Origin: Cenarchaeum symbiont of Oopsacas minuta
GTDB taxonomy: Archaea > Thermoproteota > Nitrososphaeria > Nitrososphaerales > Nitrosopumilaceae
DNA: 64,000 bases
Direction of reading: 5' to 3'
NCBI GenBank assembly: GCA_029948415.1
Contig: JAJIZT010000002.1
Coordinates: 146,335 to 210,334, forward strand
In this document: positions 1 to 11,100 of the stretch, in pieces
Layout of the letters: every line of letters starts with the position of its first letter
How positions within the stretch are numbered: the first letter of the stretch is position 1
The notes under the pieces: generated by a model
Seen by the model: the letters and a program-made list of their open reading frames with translations, nothing else
What the model was told of the DNA's origin: nothing
The model's database searches: none
Position numbers and translations under genes: made by a program

Positions 1-156
1 CTATATGTTATATCTGCTCAAAAAAAACGCAAGCCAAAGAGACTCTATCCAAAGATTGGCAAGATGTATGAAGATTTAAAGAGAGATTATTTCAAAAAAC
101 CTGATCAATATTATGATAATCTAGATGAAAGATATAATAAAAAACAAAATTGTTAG
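1..156 (+). CDS. 3' end of an ORF truncated by the window edge (unknown product)
   Basis: Frame 1 is open from base 1 to TAG 154-156 (...KKPDQYYDNLDERYNKKQNC*). No recognisable motif. Confidence 0.2.
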   Translation, partial: LYVISAQKKRKPKRLYPKIGKMYEDLKRDYFKKPDQYYDNLDERYNKKQNC

Positions 157-365
157 AATTTGTCATATCTAGCACGTTCTACATCTCGTTCGTCTTTAGT
201 CTCTTTTTTCCATTCTTTATAGTGTGCTTTGCACAAGAGTGTCTTTTTTTTAGAAGATGCCACATCTAGTCCAGTATTTTCTACTCTTTGCGTATTGATC
301 GAGCGCAGTGCATCATTTTCGCATTCAGATATGTCACATTTTGCACCCTTTCCTACAAGACCCAT
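153..365 (-). CDS. hypothetical small protein (70 aa)
   Basis: ORF track. Lys/Glu-rich with a few Cys/His. No family recognised. Confidence 0.3.
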   Translation of the reverse strand: MGLVGKGAKCDISECENDALRSINTQRVENTGLDVASSKKKTLLCKAHYKEWKKETKDERDVERARYDKF

Positions 366-420
366 ACTAGGTCATCAGAGTTTGTCATATATATTCTTGA
401 GATGATCTTATCTTGTTTCG

Positions 421-430
421 TTTATAAAAG
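421..430 (+). promoter_or_regulatory. TATA-box-like element upstream of the S25e gene
   Basis: TTTATAAAAG lies 20-29 nt upstream of ATG 450, a spacing typical of archaeal short-leader or leaderless promoters. Confidence 0.35.
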
Positions 431-449
431 GACATGTTGTGCATACATT

Positions 450-755
450 ATGGGTAGTTCCAAGAACAAGTCTGCAGCACAAGTACAAAAATCACAAAAT
501 ACGTCAAAAAAAGGCAAAAAAAACAAAGAAGAATCTTCAAGGCAATCAAGAGCAGAGATTATAGTCACGTTAACTGAGGATCAAGTGCAAAAATACCTCA
601 AAGGTGCAAAAGCAATCACTGCTAGCGATATTGCAAAACAATGTGGCGTAAAAATTTCAGCTGCAAATACATATTTGAATACAGCTATGGCAGATGGTAA
701 AATGACCATAGCTGGTGGACATAGCGGTCATCGAATCTACAAATTGACAGAATAG
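450..755 (+). CDS. rps25e: 30S ribosomal protein S25e
   Basis: Internal Met of ORF 288..755. Lys-rich N-terminus (MGSSKNKSAAQVQKSQNTSKKGKKNK) followed by a winged-helix-like part (LTEDQVQKYLKGAKAITASDIAKQCGVKISAANTYL). About 100 aa, as expected for eS25. Confidence 0.6.
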   Translation: MGSSKNKSAAQVQKSQNTSKKGKKNKEESSRQSRAEIIVTLTEDQVQKYLKGAKAITASDIAKQCGVKISAANTYLNTAMADGKMTIAGGHSGHRIYKLTE

Positions 756-1117
756 ATAGACATTATATCTCCAGGCTTTACATCAGAGATTATAGACATG
801 TTTTCAGTGATATTTCCAATTGGACTCATTGGTCTGTCAGTTACAATATCTGTAGTAAAGAAACACATACTTCCATTGGATGGTAAAAATGCCACATCAC
901 CTATGGTAAATATAGTTCGTGCACGTTCAATTCCTACGAGTATTGACGATTTTACATATATGATATTTTTTCCCAATCTGTTTGCATTACCTTTGAATGG
1001 AAATGCACGTAACAGTGCACCTACTGTAAGTGGTGCAAGATGGCGCTTTAAGGTTCCTTTCGATGTATGACCATTAACGGATACTGCAAATTGCGTACGG
1101 ATGACAGGATTTACCAT
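737..1117 (-). CDS. cyclophilin-like fold protein of unknown function (PF04126-like)
   Basis: 126 aa. Pattern ...APLTVGALLRAFPFKG.ANRLGKNIIY....GDVAFLPSNGSMCFF....PIG resembles the TM1367-type cyclophilin-like family (recalled from memory). Confidence 0.4.
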   Translation of the reverse strand: MVNPVIRTQFAVSVNGHTSKGTLKRHLAPLTVGALLRAFPFKGNANRLGKNIIYVKSSILVGIERARTIFTIGDVAFLPSNGSMCFFTTDIVTDRPMSPIGNITENMSIISDVKPGDIMSIYSVNL

Positions 1118-1350
1118 AAATTCACCACCATGTATTCATCTAGTACAAATTTGATACCAATAGGACTTTTATCATCATTTCTCACGCTTGTTATCAATGG
1201 GAATTTTAGATAATATTGATTCATGTCCACAGTGAGTCCATTGTATTCAAAACCATTTGTAATTAATCTCATTCCAGTTTTTGTTTTGCTCAATATTGGG
1301 GCATTGATGCCTGTTAGTAATAGACCTTTTGTATAATAGATCTTATGCAT
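1111..1350 (-). CDS. hypothetical ORF, probably 5'-disrupted or spurious
   Basis: Its ATG (1350-1348) and first four codons lie inside the left end of the IS5-family element. The pre-insertion frame has no start codon. Confidence 0.15.
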   Translation of the reverse strand: MHKIYYTKGLLLTGINAPILSKTKTGMRLITNGFEYNGLTVDMNQYYLKFPLITSVRNDDKSPIGIKFVLDEYMVVNLW

Positions 1351-2732
1351 ATTGACAAAAAAATCAATTATGATGAAACGAAAGATCCAAAATCAAGTGT
1401 AATACACACATGGCATGTGTGATTCAGACAAGCGTATGATTCTCAAACTAGAAAAGAAAAATACCGAATTGAAAGCAGAAATTGAGAAATTTAAAGCAGA
1501 AAGTGAGCAATCTAAAGCAGAATTGCATGATTACAAGAAAGGCAGATTGTCCAATGACACTGTGTTTGATCAGATAATTGATGATGACCAAAACCTTTAC
1601 GCCACTACGGGATTAGAACGTAACGAGTTTGAATGGATCCTTGTACGATTTGAAAATGCTGTTAAAAATTCACCAAATGCACCACGTTTCTCCGAATATG
1701 CCAACGAGTCAGGAAACACATGCATTCTCTCTGTAAGACGAGTCTTGTTTATTGCATTGTCTCGCAAACGCAACAACGAAAAGCAAGAAATATTTGCAGC
1801 ATATGCCCACATTGATCAGAGTACAGTCAGCAGATATCTAGCATTAGCAGATGTGCTGTTGATGAAGATCCTTCCAACTGCCGAAAACATTGCAGCTACA
1901 ATACGGAAAGAACGCACCATCGAAGCGTTTAAAGAATTTGTTCCAGGCAAGAGTGCAGGTGAGCTATATCTTGATGCCACGTTTGTACAGGTTCAAAGAC
2001 CACAGGTAGATCAAAAAAAGGCATACTCTGGAAAACGCAAGCGATATGTGTACAATATCCAGATAACCTCAAACAAAGATGGACTAGTACTTGATGTAGG
2101 CCATCCTGAAGAAGGTTCTGCACACGACATGGAAGTACTACGACGCAATCCACCAAATTTTGGCAAATGGACAAAGAACATGAGAGATCCTAATACAAAA
2201 CAAGAACATCGTATCATACTGTATACAGATAAAGGATATCTTGGTGTAGAGAAAGATTATCCTGGAATAATTTCAAAGCAACCATACAAAAAACCCAAAG
2301 GTTACGAGATGACAGAGACAGATCAGAAATACAATCAAAGAATTAGTCGTAAACGTATTAGAGTAGAGCATGCGATAAACCGACTAAAATGGTTCCGCAG
2401 GATGAGTGCTGTATATGATGATAGCAAGGAAGAGTTTTACAAAGAGATCCAAGTTGTCACTGGGCTGACAAATCTGCACATCCTGTTCAATGACCGCAAG
2501 TATGTCAAACCTATGGAACGAGTCTGTTCTCAAATAAAGTAGCACACCTCTGTGCAACATGCCTGCGCATGATGTTACCGTTTTTGTCATATTTCTGACA
2601 TTTTGATCTGTTTGTAGAACTCTCTCAAGCTTTGATCATACTTGTGACATTTTGATTTGTTTGCTCATGCTTTGATCATGCAGTATCCAGTCAAGAACTG
2701 ATCTAACTTTATTGGTAATATGCATAAGATCT
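1338..2732 (+). mobile_element. IS5-family insertion sequence (DDE_Tnp_4-type transposase), apparently intact
   Basis: Terminal inverted repeats AGATCTTATGCATAT (1338-1352) and ATATGCATAAGATCT (2718-2732). Flanked by direct AAT (1335-1337 and 2733-2735). One 375-aa transposase ORF. The 3' part recurs at 23033-23394. Confidence 0.75.
1415..2542 (+). CDS. IS5-family DDE transposase
   Basis: LYLDATFVQVQRP, YSGKRKRYVYN, ILYTDKGY and NQRISRKRIRVEHAINRLKWFR (DDE_Tnp_4 / Harbinger-like signature). N-terminal coiled coil. Confidence 0.8.
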   Translation: MCDSDKRMILKLEKKNTELKAEIEKFKAESEQSKAELHDYKKGRLSNDTVFDQIIDDDQNLYATTGLERNEFEWILVRFENAVKNSPNAPRFSEYANESGNTCILSVRRVLFIALSRKRNNEKQEIFAAYAHIDQSTVSRYLALADVLLMKILPTAENIAATIRKERTIEAFKEFVPGKSAGELYLDATFVQVQRPQVDQKKAYSGKRKRYVYNIQITSNKDGLVLDVGHPEEGSAHDMEVLRRNPPNFGKWTKNMRDPNTKQEHRIILYTDKGYLGVEKDYPGIISKQPYKKPKGYEMTETDQKYNQRISRKRIRVEHAINRLKWFRRMSAVYDDSKEEFYKEIQVVTGLTNLHILFNDRKYVKPMERVCSQIK

Positions 2733-2818
2733 AATGAATTAATTTTCAAAATTGATGATGTAATTTATGCCTAAAAATTTAACATTTTCAATTTAAAATT
2801 GGATTGTGCACAAGGTCT

Positions 2819-3165
2819 AATGCAATAAACAAGACTAGTTTTACAAAGAGAATACACGTATTTCCTGGTTCGTTGGCATGTTCGGAGAAACGTGGTTGCA
2901 TCTAGCGAATGTTTGACGGCTTTTTTCAAACTGTGTTGGAATCCATCAACTCGTCTCTAGTTGCATCGTATATCTCTGTCGTTGTCAATTGTGTGATCCA
3001 AAACCTTGTCTGAATGCAATCGAACATTCTCGTCTCTTTTGCGCAGTCTTGTAATATGCTAGATCTGCTTTCAACACTGCAATCCTCTGCTTGTCTGTAA
3101 GATACGTATGTGACACTTTATCTTTTGTTTTATCACAATTGATTTTTTGTCAATATGCAAAGTCT
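2819..3165 (-). mobile_element. 5' fragment (about 350 bp) of a second IS5-family copy, inverted
   Basis: The reverse complement of 3120-3168 aligns with 1333-1385 (about 50 nt, few mismatches). The reverse complement of 2819-2930 aligns with transposase codons ending at 1758. The body is cut off next to another IS-end-like motif, GTGCACAAGGTCT (2806-2818). Confidence 0.55.
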
Positions 3166-4120
3166 ATTCTAGTGGATATGCATCAACGCCGCATGTGTTA
3201 CGGACTGTACGTGCAAATTCATGAGTAAATCCATGTACGGTATATACGGTTTTTGCGCACGACTCTTCAACTATATGTAAAAGTTCCATGTAATCGCAAT
3301 GATCACTATATGCAAACATCTTGTCACATCTATGAGCAAGTTTGTTATTTGACATGGCAGCCCATCCACTAAATCCTATGGTGATTGCACCATACTCTGA
3401 CTTTAGACGTTTTACAAAACTGTTAGTAGATGAAAGCATCGGGGCAACTAAAATCCAAGGACCATTTTGAATGGCATTAGATTTTTCTGCATCGTTGAAA
3501 GATATGGCATCGGGGATATCAGCGCCCAATGATCTACATACGTCGTTGATCTTTTTTATACGTTCGTGATAATAAAGTGGCTTCCAATGTCCGAACATTT
3601 TGCACAAGGTTTGAGCTTTTCCCACCTCATAGCCCATAAGTATGACAGGGATACCACGCGAGTATATTTTAGAGATAAACTGGTTTACTTTTTCCATCAT
3701 CTCTTCTATTGGTGAGAATATGAATTGAGGTTTGCCAAAAGTACATTCGGTGATCAATGTTTTGCACTTTGGAATCTTTGCACCCATAATTCCAGGTCTG
3801 TTACGTGTACAGATATCCGCAGTATAAAATACATCATCAAATAACAGTCCACAGCCACCAAATACGTGACCGCTTGGAATCATCTCGGTGCAGTTATACT
3901 GCAGTATGGTATTTTGAATCAGATTCCCACGAGCTTTGGCAATATCTGCGGTCTCTTTTGTGCACAAAACAGTCCCAGTAGATCTTGTCGATGGGAGATG
4001 ATCGGTATGCGCATGCGATGTAAAATTTATTCCGTTCAAAGCAAGCTTTGGATCCAATCTTATAGAAATTCTACTATTATTACATTCTATTCCATTTGAT
4101 CTCTTTAGTATTTCCACCAT
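3164..4120 (-). CDS. metallo-beta-lactamase / beta-CASP-type nuclease (COG1236-like)
   Basis: HxHxDH motif (SHAHTDHL). C-terminal YSDHCDYMELL...TVYTVHG is typical of beta-CASP. The stop codon overlaps the IS fragment end by 2 nt. Confidence 0.6.
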   Translation of the reverse strand: MVEILKRSNGIECNNSRISIRLDPKLALNGINFTSHAHTDHLPSTRSTGTVLCTKETADIAKARGNLIQNTILQYNCTEMIPSGHVFGGCGLLFDDVFYTADICTRNRPGIMGAKIPKCKTLITECTFGKPQFIFSPIEEMMEKVNQFISKIYSRGIPVILMGYEVGKAQTLCKMFGHWKPLYYHERIKKINDVCRSLGADIPDAISFNDAEKSNAIQNGPWILVAPMLSSTNSFVKRLKSEYGAITIGFSGWAAMSNNKLAHRCDKMFAYSDHCDYMELLHIVEESCAKTVYTVHGFTHEFARTVRNTCGVDAYPLE

Positions 4121-4278
4121 GTATGCAAATATTATTTGTGATATAAATCAAGATTCAGTATTCAAAAATGTATATCGATGGTAAAGAATTATTCAATCGA
4201 TGATTTGTATAATCATATTTTTGTTTATGATGTGAGAAGATTTTTGGGCATTACTAGCAAAAACGCATAATTAAGAGA

Positions 4279-4914
4279 GTGTGTTTTGATATGTACATGC
4301 GCCGTCTTGGAATTCTCATATCTGGACGTGGTAGTAACATGATTGCAATTCTAAAGGCAGTACAAGCTGGAAAAATTCAAGCAATACCGGCAGTGATCAT
4401 ATCAAACAAACCTAATGCGTTGGGTTTAGAGTATGCAAGATCCCACGGAATACCTACCAAAGTCATACAAAGTAAAAATTTTTCTGGAACACGAGACGAA
4501 TATGACAGTTTGATTGAAGATGTGTTAAAAGAGTACAAAGTTTACCCACATAATGGCATAATATGTCTTGCAGGGTTTATGAGAGTACTTGGGCCAAAAT
4601 TTGTTAAACGGTATAAAAATAAAATTCTAAATATACATCCTGCACTACTTCCATCATTTCCAGGAATTGATGCGCAAAAACAAGCTATAGAATACGGCAC
4701 AAAGATATCTGGTTGTACAGTTCATTTTGTAGATGCAAATGTGGATACAGGTCCCATACTTTTACAAGCTATGGTTTTAGTTAATTCTGATGACACAGTA
4801 AAGACACTCTCAGAGAGAATACTTTTAGAAGAGCATAAACTGTATCCAAAAGCCATACAAATGTTATCAACCAAAAGAGTTAGAGTGTATAAAAGAAGAG
4901 TGATCGTATCTTAG
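4279..4914 (+). CDS. purN: phosphoribosylglycinamide formyltransferase
   Basis: ILISGRGSN and NIHPALLPSFPG motifs. The true start is probably ATG 4291 or 4297. Confidence 0.85.
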   Translation: MCFDMYMRRLGILISGRGSNMIAILKAVQAGKIQAIPAVIISNKPNALGLEYARSHGIPTKVIQSKNFSGTRDEYDSLIEDVLKEYKVYPHNGIICLAGFMRVLGPKFVKRYKNKILNIHPALLPSFPGIDAQKQAIEYGTKISGCTVHFVDANVDTGPILLQAMVLVNSDDTVKTLSERILLEEHKLYPKAIQMLSTKRVRVYKRRVIVS

Positions 4915-5225
4915 GATGCACCAAAAAAATACAAAACAACAAGATCTCTAGTATTTTTAGAAAAATTATGCGATGCGCCAGCTGGTACAAAGAACGCTTT
5001 GCCTGGAGAGACAGCATATGTTTTCTGTCTAATGTTCACATATCCATCACCGCTTATAACATAATACACCTCATCGGCATCATGTGGTTCTTGTGTATCT
5101 TTTTGACCTTTTTTTAAACAGAGTATTCCACATTCTAATGTATCCTTTGAGAAAAACGTATGGAATAATTTTCCACTCTTCAAAATTTTTGTAGCATCAG
5201 CATGTACGTCAAATTCAACCTTCAT
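4911..5225 (-). CDS. cupin-domain protein
   Basis: Cupin_2-like EPHDADEVYYVISGDGYV...FFVPAGASHNF. Start taken at the internal Met (MKVEFDV) of ORF 4911..5366. Confidence 0.5.
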   Translation of the reverse strand: MKVEFDVHADATKILKSGKLFHTFFSKDTLECGILCLKKGQKDTQEPHDADEVYYVISGDGYVNIRQKTYAVSPGKAFFVPAGASHNFSKNTRDLVVLYFFGAS

Positions 5226-5399
5226 GCTTTGATCATAGATTAGACATAATAAAGACCAAGTATATACAATTATCTCTACGATCATGTCAAATTTGAAATA
5301 TGTTCCATTCCAACTAGGATATACTCGGTATTTTTTCATCATTTGAACCAAGTGCCTAATGTACAAGGGTATTAAAATAAGAAAAATAACAAAAGATGC

Positions 5400-6263
5400 A
5401 TGGCTGGTGTAAAACTCGACGGTTTGATGGTTGCAGGGCTAGTCAAAGATAGGGTAAAAAGTGCAGTCTCTCATCTAAAAAATGACGGCATCGAACCTTG
5501 CCTTGCAACTGTGCTAGTAGGAGATGATTCAGCATCGGCAACGTACGTACATAACAAACACATAGCATGTTCAAAAGTGGGCATAACCACAAGGGATCAC
5601 AGAATGCCATCAACGACCACAAAAGATGAGCTTGAAGACTTGATAGATGAGCTGAATGCAGATTCAACAGTACATGGAATTCTAGTGCAGATTCCACTGC
5701 CAAAGAGTATCGATGAGTTTATGATAATCTCACGAATATCTCCGCTTAAAGATGTAGATGGACTTACCCCATACAACGTAGGGCTCTTGGCGTATGGTAA
5801 ATCTACGTTTGTTCCATGTACCCCAATGGGCATAATGGAGATATTTGATCATTACAAGATCCCCATATCTAGAATGAATGCTGTGGTAATAAATCGTAGT
5901 GCCCTAGTTGGCAAACCCATACAAAATTTACTTTTAGCAAAAGATGCTACAGTAGCATTATGTCATTCAAAGACAAAAGATCTGCCATCATATACACAAG
6001 AGGCAGACATCATCGTTACTGCAGTTGGAGATAGAGACAAATTTGAGCTAAAACCTGAGATGATAAAAGATGGTGCTGTTGTTATAGACGTAGCAACAAA
6101 CAGACACAACGGGGTACTCTCTGGCGATTGTGACTTTGATAAAATGATACAAAGAGCATCATTTGTAACTCCAGTTCCAGGAGGAGTAGGTCCAATGACT
6201 ATTGCAATGCTGTTAAAGAATACAGTTACTGCAGCATCTTTGAGGCATAGCGTTGAAGATTAA
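5400..6263 (+). CDS. folD: bifunctional methylenetetrahydrofolate dehydrogenase/cyclohydrolase
   Basis: GILVQIPLP, PCTPMG and PVPGGVGPMT motifs. Confidence 0.9.
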   Translation: MAGVKLDGLMVAGLVKDRVKSAVSHLKNDGIEPCLATVLVGDDSASATYVHNKHIACSKVGITTRDHRMPSTTTKDELEDLIDELNADSTVHGILVQIPLPKSIDEFMIISRISPLKDVDGLTPYNVGLLAYGKSTFVPCTPMGIMEIFDHYKIPISRMNAVVINRSALVGKPIQNLLLAKDATVALCHSKTKDLPSYTQEADIIVTAVGDRDKFELKPEMIKDGAVVIDVATNRHNGVLSGDCDFDKMIQRASFVTPVPGGVGPMTIAMLLKNTVTAASLRHSVED

Positions 6264-6810
6264 AAAAAAAGCACTGCGTGAAGAATACATACGACGTAGA
6301 GATGGAATATCTTCAAGTCTTATAAAGATACACTGTGATTTAATACGTTCAAGGCTATCACGTGTGCCAGAATTTTCAGAAGCAAAGACGGTGGCAGGAT
6401 ATCATTCCATTGGTAGTGAAGTTGATACTAGGGATATACTACGTGATCTTCTTGTACGCAATATACGGCTGTGTCTTCCCCTAACAGAGTCTAGTGGTCG
6501 GATGTATTTTATGGAGGTAAAAGATCTTGATTCAGATTTACAGTTGGGAGAGTATGACATTTTAGAGCCACGCCCCACATGTAAGCAGTGTATAAAACAA
6601 GATGTCATACTTGTCCCAGCAGTATGTGTCACGAATAGGTGTCAGAGAATTGGATATGGTATGGGATGTTATGATAGATATTTGAGTAAATGTAATGCAT
6701 TTACAATTGGGCTTGTATTTGAATCACAGATTGTAAAATCTATACCTTTGGAACCTAGTGATGTTCCACTAGATATGATTGTAAGTGAAAGACATACGTA
6801 CAGACGCTAA
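6253..6810 (+). CDS. 5-formyltetrahydrofolate cyclo-ligase
   Basis: ILVPAV....RIGYGMGCYDRYL motif. TTG start overlaps the folD stop. Confidence 0.7.
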   Translation: MKIKKKALREEYIRRRDGISSSLIKIHCDLIRSRLSRVPEFSEAKTVAGYHSIGSEVDTRDILRDLLVRNIRLCLPLTESSGRMYFMEVKDLDSDLQLGEYDILEPRPTCKQCIKQDVILVPAVCVTNRCQRIGYGMGCYDRYLSKCNAFTIGLVFESQIVKSIPLEPSDVPLDMIVSERHTYRR

Positions 6811-8048
6811 AAGTTTCTAGTTCCAATATCAGTTCGGCAATATTTACTAGGCCACGTTATCTTTGCACATGCATCATATGCACTAGATGCTGCATCGGCA
6901 AGCGTTTTACCCAATGCAGATACTCCAAGTACTCTACCACCGTTTGTCAATATATCTCCGTTTACATTTTTGGTTCCAGCATGGTAAACATTTACAGAGT
7001 CTTTCACATTTAATATTCCATTTATTGGTTCACCTATAGGGAATTTTTTTGGATATCCGCATGATGCCAATACCACGCAAACTGCACTTTGAGGTTTCCA
7101 CCTCAAAGATGGCATCTTTGCTAGAGTGCCTTTTGTACACGCCTCTATATATTCAAAGAGATCAAAATCCATGCGAGGTAATATCGCCTGACATTCAGGA
7201 TCACCCATTCGGACATTAAATTCTAAAACGTATGGCTTATCGTTTTCAAAGATCACTCCAGCGTATAAAAATCCAGTAAACGGATAGCCTTCAGATTTCA
7301 TTCCATTTACAGTCTTTACCATTATTTCATTGAGAATCTTTTCGTGTTTTTCATCAATTATAGCTGGCGAATATGCTCCCATTCCTCCTGTATTTGGACC
7401 AGTGTTACCATCTCCAATGCGTTTATGATCTTGGCTAGTTGCAAGAGGAATATGATTTGCGCCATCACATATTGCAATAAACGACATCTCTGGACCCATT
7501 ATACGCTTTTCAACTAGTATGCGCGTACCAGCATCGCCGAACTTGCCTCCAAGAATATCTCTTATCGATGTGACTGTCTGCTCTTTTCCATCACATACAA
7601 TGACTCCTTTGCCAGATGCTAGTCCATCAGCTTTGACGACTAGATGATAATCAAGTTTTTCAGCAAATTTTAGAGCACTCTCTGCATCTTTAAAGACGCC
7701 ATATTCAGCAGTAGGTATTTTATGGCGCAGCATAAAATCTTTAGCCCACGACTTGCTTGATTCAAGTCTTGATGCAGCCTTTGTTGGTGCAAATATAGGT
7801 AGATTTTTTTTTGTAAACTCATCGGCAATACCTGCTGCAATGGGTGTTTCAGGTCCTACTATGGTAAAACATTCATTCTCTGATGCAAAATCTCCGAGTG
7901 CGCCAATATCTGTATCTTTGATCGATATATTGTTCAAAGTTCCACCATTTCCTGGTGCTACATATACGCGCTCTAATTTTGGGCTAGTTTGTAATGCACG
8001 CGCAATAGCGTGTTCTCGTCCGCCAGAGCCGACAACGAGTGCGTTCAC
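6807..8048 (-). CDS. purD: phosphoribosylamine--glycine ligase
   Basis: VVGSGGREHAIA N-terminus and ATP-grasp GGMGAYSP. 413 aa. Confidence 0.9.
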   Translation of the reverse strand: MNALVVGSGGREHAIARALQTSPKLERVYVAPGNGGTLNNISIKDTDIGALGDFASENECFTIVGPETPIAAGIADEFTKKNLPIFAPTKAASRLESSKSWAKDFMLRHKIPTAEYGVFKDAESALKFAEKLDYHLVVKADGLASGKGVIVCDGKEQTVTSIRDILGGKFGDAGTRILVEKRIMGPEMSFIAICDGANHIPLATSQDHKRIGDGNTGPNTGGMGAYSPAIIDEKHEKILNEIMVKTVNGMKSEGYPFTGFLYAGVIFENDKPYVLEFNVRMGDPECQAILPRMDFDLFEYIEACTKGTLAKMPSLRWKPQSAVCVVLASCGYPKKFPIGEPINGILNVKDSVNVYHAGTKNVNGDILTNGGRVLGVSALGKTLADAASSAYDACAKITWPSKYCRTDIGTRNF

Positions 8049-8186
8049 AAGTGTGAATCTCTCTTGCCCGTATATAATCCAACAAACAGACTAGTTGCAA
8101 ATATCTAGTACATGGTATATCCTGATTAAAATTTCACATACAATCAATATGTATTCACTCGTAGAGAATCTAAAAGACTAATTTAG

Positions 8187-11100
8187 ATGGCATATACACT
8201 TGCCCTAGTAGTAATGACACTTGATAAATTTGATCTAGAGGAGATAGAGATGCAAGCTCGCAAGAGACTAGATGGATCGGAACTGCGCACTAGACTAAAG
8301 ACCTCGAGGGCAGGTGGACCAAAGATGCGTTTTGTAGAAGGGCCACCCACAATGAATGGGACACCACATGCAGGTCATATGCGCGGTAGAGTGATAAAAG
8401 ATCTTTGGTTCAGATATAGTACACTTTGTGGTGCAGATGTAAAATTTGTAGCAGGTTGGGATACGCAAGGACTTCCAGTAGAGTTGCAGGCAGAAAAGGA
8501 GTTAAAGATAACAGGTGGTAAAAAAGGCATAGAATCATTTGGTATAGAGTCTCTTGTTAAAGAATGCAAGCGTTTGGTACAAGATTACAACAAAAAATGG
8601 ACAAGTGTGGATAAACAGATAGGCATCTCTTTTGATTATGATTCTGCATACTGGACAATGTATGATGAATATATCGAAAGAGAGTGGAAAGTTTTGCAAC
8701 GAGCAAACGAGAGAGGAATATTGGAGTTGGATTATACGGTGATCGCATATTGTCCTGGATGTCAAACTTCGCTAAGCCATGCAGAGGTCAATCAGAGATA
8801 TGAAGAGGTAAGTGACCCTTCAATGTACTACAAGGTAAGATTCAAAGATAACGATGCATATGCAATAGTGTGGACCACGATGCCTTTTACAATGGTCACC
8901 GATGCGATGATTGGATTTAATCCAAAAGGGGTGTACAAATTTGTCAAGGTTGGTAATGAGACATGGATAGTCGGCGAAGAGATGTTGGAAGATGTTATGA
9001 GGGCTGCAAAGATCGACGAATATAATGAGATTAAAACCGAAAAAGGATCCTTCTTTGAAGGCATAAAGTACGAGCATCCACTACTTGATGCTATACCCGA
9101 GCTTGGAAAATTTGTTACAGAGAAAGGGTATCATATCGCAGTAGCAGAAGAGTTTGTCGATACTGCAAGTGGTAGTGGAATCGTACATCTATCTCCTGCA
9201 AATGGAGAAGAGGATATACACATAGCCGAGAAGAGAGGTATTCCAGTATTTTGCCCCATAGATGAAGAGGTAAAATTTACAAAAGATGCAGGAGAGTATG
9301 CAGGTCTATTTGTGCGCGATGCTGACAAGATCATAGTAGAGGATCTGCGCTCGCGTGGCGCACTTGTTGCATTACACAAAAAAAGACACAAGTATCCACT
9401 CTGCTGGCGTTCTAGTCATCGTATCGTGTGGCTTGCTAGAAGAGGATGGTTTTACAAGCTTGAAAAACTTGAAGAGTTGGCAGTAGATGCGGCAAAAAAT
9501 GTCGAATATTTTTATGATCAGCCAAAGAATCGATTTTTAGCAATTGTGGGCGAGAAACATCCATGGTGCATATCGCGCGAAAGGTATTGGGGGTGCCCAA
9601 TTCCAGCATGGAACTGTACTGATTGTGGTAATACTGACTGGTTTTATTCACGTGAGCAGATAATCCAAGCAGCATCGCACCTTCCAGATGGCAAAAACTT
9701 TGAGCTGCATCGACCATGGATAGACCGTGTGAGAATAAAATGCTCAAAATGTGGCAGTGTAAATACGAATAGAGAGCCGTATGTGTTGGATACATGGCAC
9801 AACAGCGGAGCTGCACCATTTGCATCTGCAAACGATCTAGAATACAAAGAATCGATTCCCGTACCATTTCTTACAGAAGGGATAGATCAGACACGTGGAT
9901 GGGCATATACCCTACTGATAGAGAATGTCATACTAAGTGGTAAAGCTCAAGCTCCGTTTGCATCATTTCTGTTCCAAGGACATGTTCTTGATGAAAAAGG
10001 TGGTAAGATGAGCAAGAGTCTTGGAAATGTCATAGATGCAGCAGAGATGATAAAAGAAAATTCTGCAGATCTTTTGCGCCTATATTTTACTTTAAAGTCA
10101 AGCCCCATCGAACCATTAAGCTTTAGTGCAAAAGAGATGCACACTAGATCATATCAGATACTTAGTACTTTGTATCATATGCATCTGTATTTTGAACAAA
10201 ATAGTACGTACGATGGATACGATCCGTTAAAGCATACTGTATCTTGGGCAAAAGAAAATAATCTGCTCCAGTCTCCAGATGTTTGGATATTATCAAAATT
10301 GCAGGGACTCTCAAAACAGATCAGTGAGCATTATTCTACTTGTCGTTTTCATGAAGCAGCACGTAAGATAGATGAGTTTGTGATCGGCATGTTGAGCCAA
10401 GTTTATGTTCCAATTACACGTCAAGAGATTTGGGACGAGAGTGATTCGAATAAAGATCGTAGACTAGCAATATATGCTACACTAGGAGAGATACTTTATT
10501 CTCTCAACATAATGTTACATCCAATCTGCCCGTTCATTACAGACTATCTTTATGGACAGGTATTTGGCAAAAAGGATAACATTCTACTTCAGCTATGGCC
10601 AAAGGTACGAGATGAACTTGTCGATAAAAAGACCGAAGATGCATTTGACATACTACGGCTAGCCATCTCAGTTGGTGGAGCTGCTAGAATGAACGGAAAT
10701 TTAAAGCGAAGATGGCCTCTTGATGATGCCATCGTTTACCTTCCAAAAGGTCAAAAGGAGCAGATTGAAGGGCATTTGGAACTATTACGCTCACTTCTCA
10801 ACGTAGAAAAAGTATCTGTTTTAGAGTATATAGGGGATGCAGGTTTGGAGCAGCTAGTCGGACTTCAAAAAGTAAGAGCTCCCATACTTGCAACAGCAGA
10901 ACTCAATCACAAAAAGATAGGACCGCGTGCAAGAGAGTTTATGCCAGAGATGATAGATGTATTTAATTCGACAGATAAACAGGCAATGGCTGAAGAGATC
11001 TCAAAGAATTCAAGATATGTATTTCTGCTAGGTGATAACAGTCACGAGGTTGTGATAACCTCAGATGATGTAGAGTTTGGTTTTGAATCAAAAGATGATT

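Noticed and set aside
288-449. N-terminal 54 codons of ORF 288..755 (also 33945..34058 of the GT2 ORF, 43769..43855 of the binding-protein ORF and 5226..5366 of the cupin ORF).
   Set aside because: The extensions overlap neighbouring genes or promoters and have an atypical composition. Internal Met starts give proteins of the expected family length.
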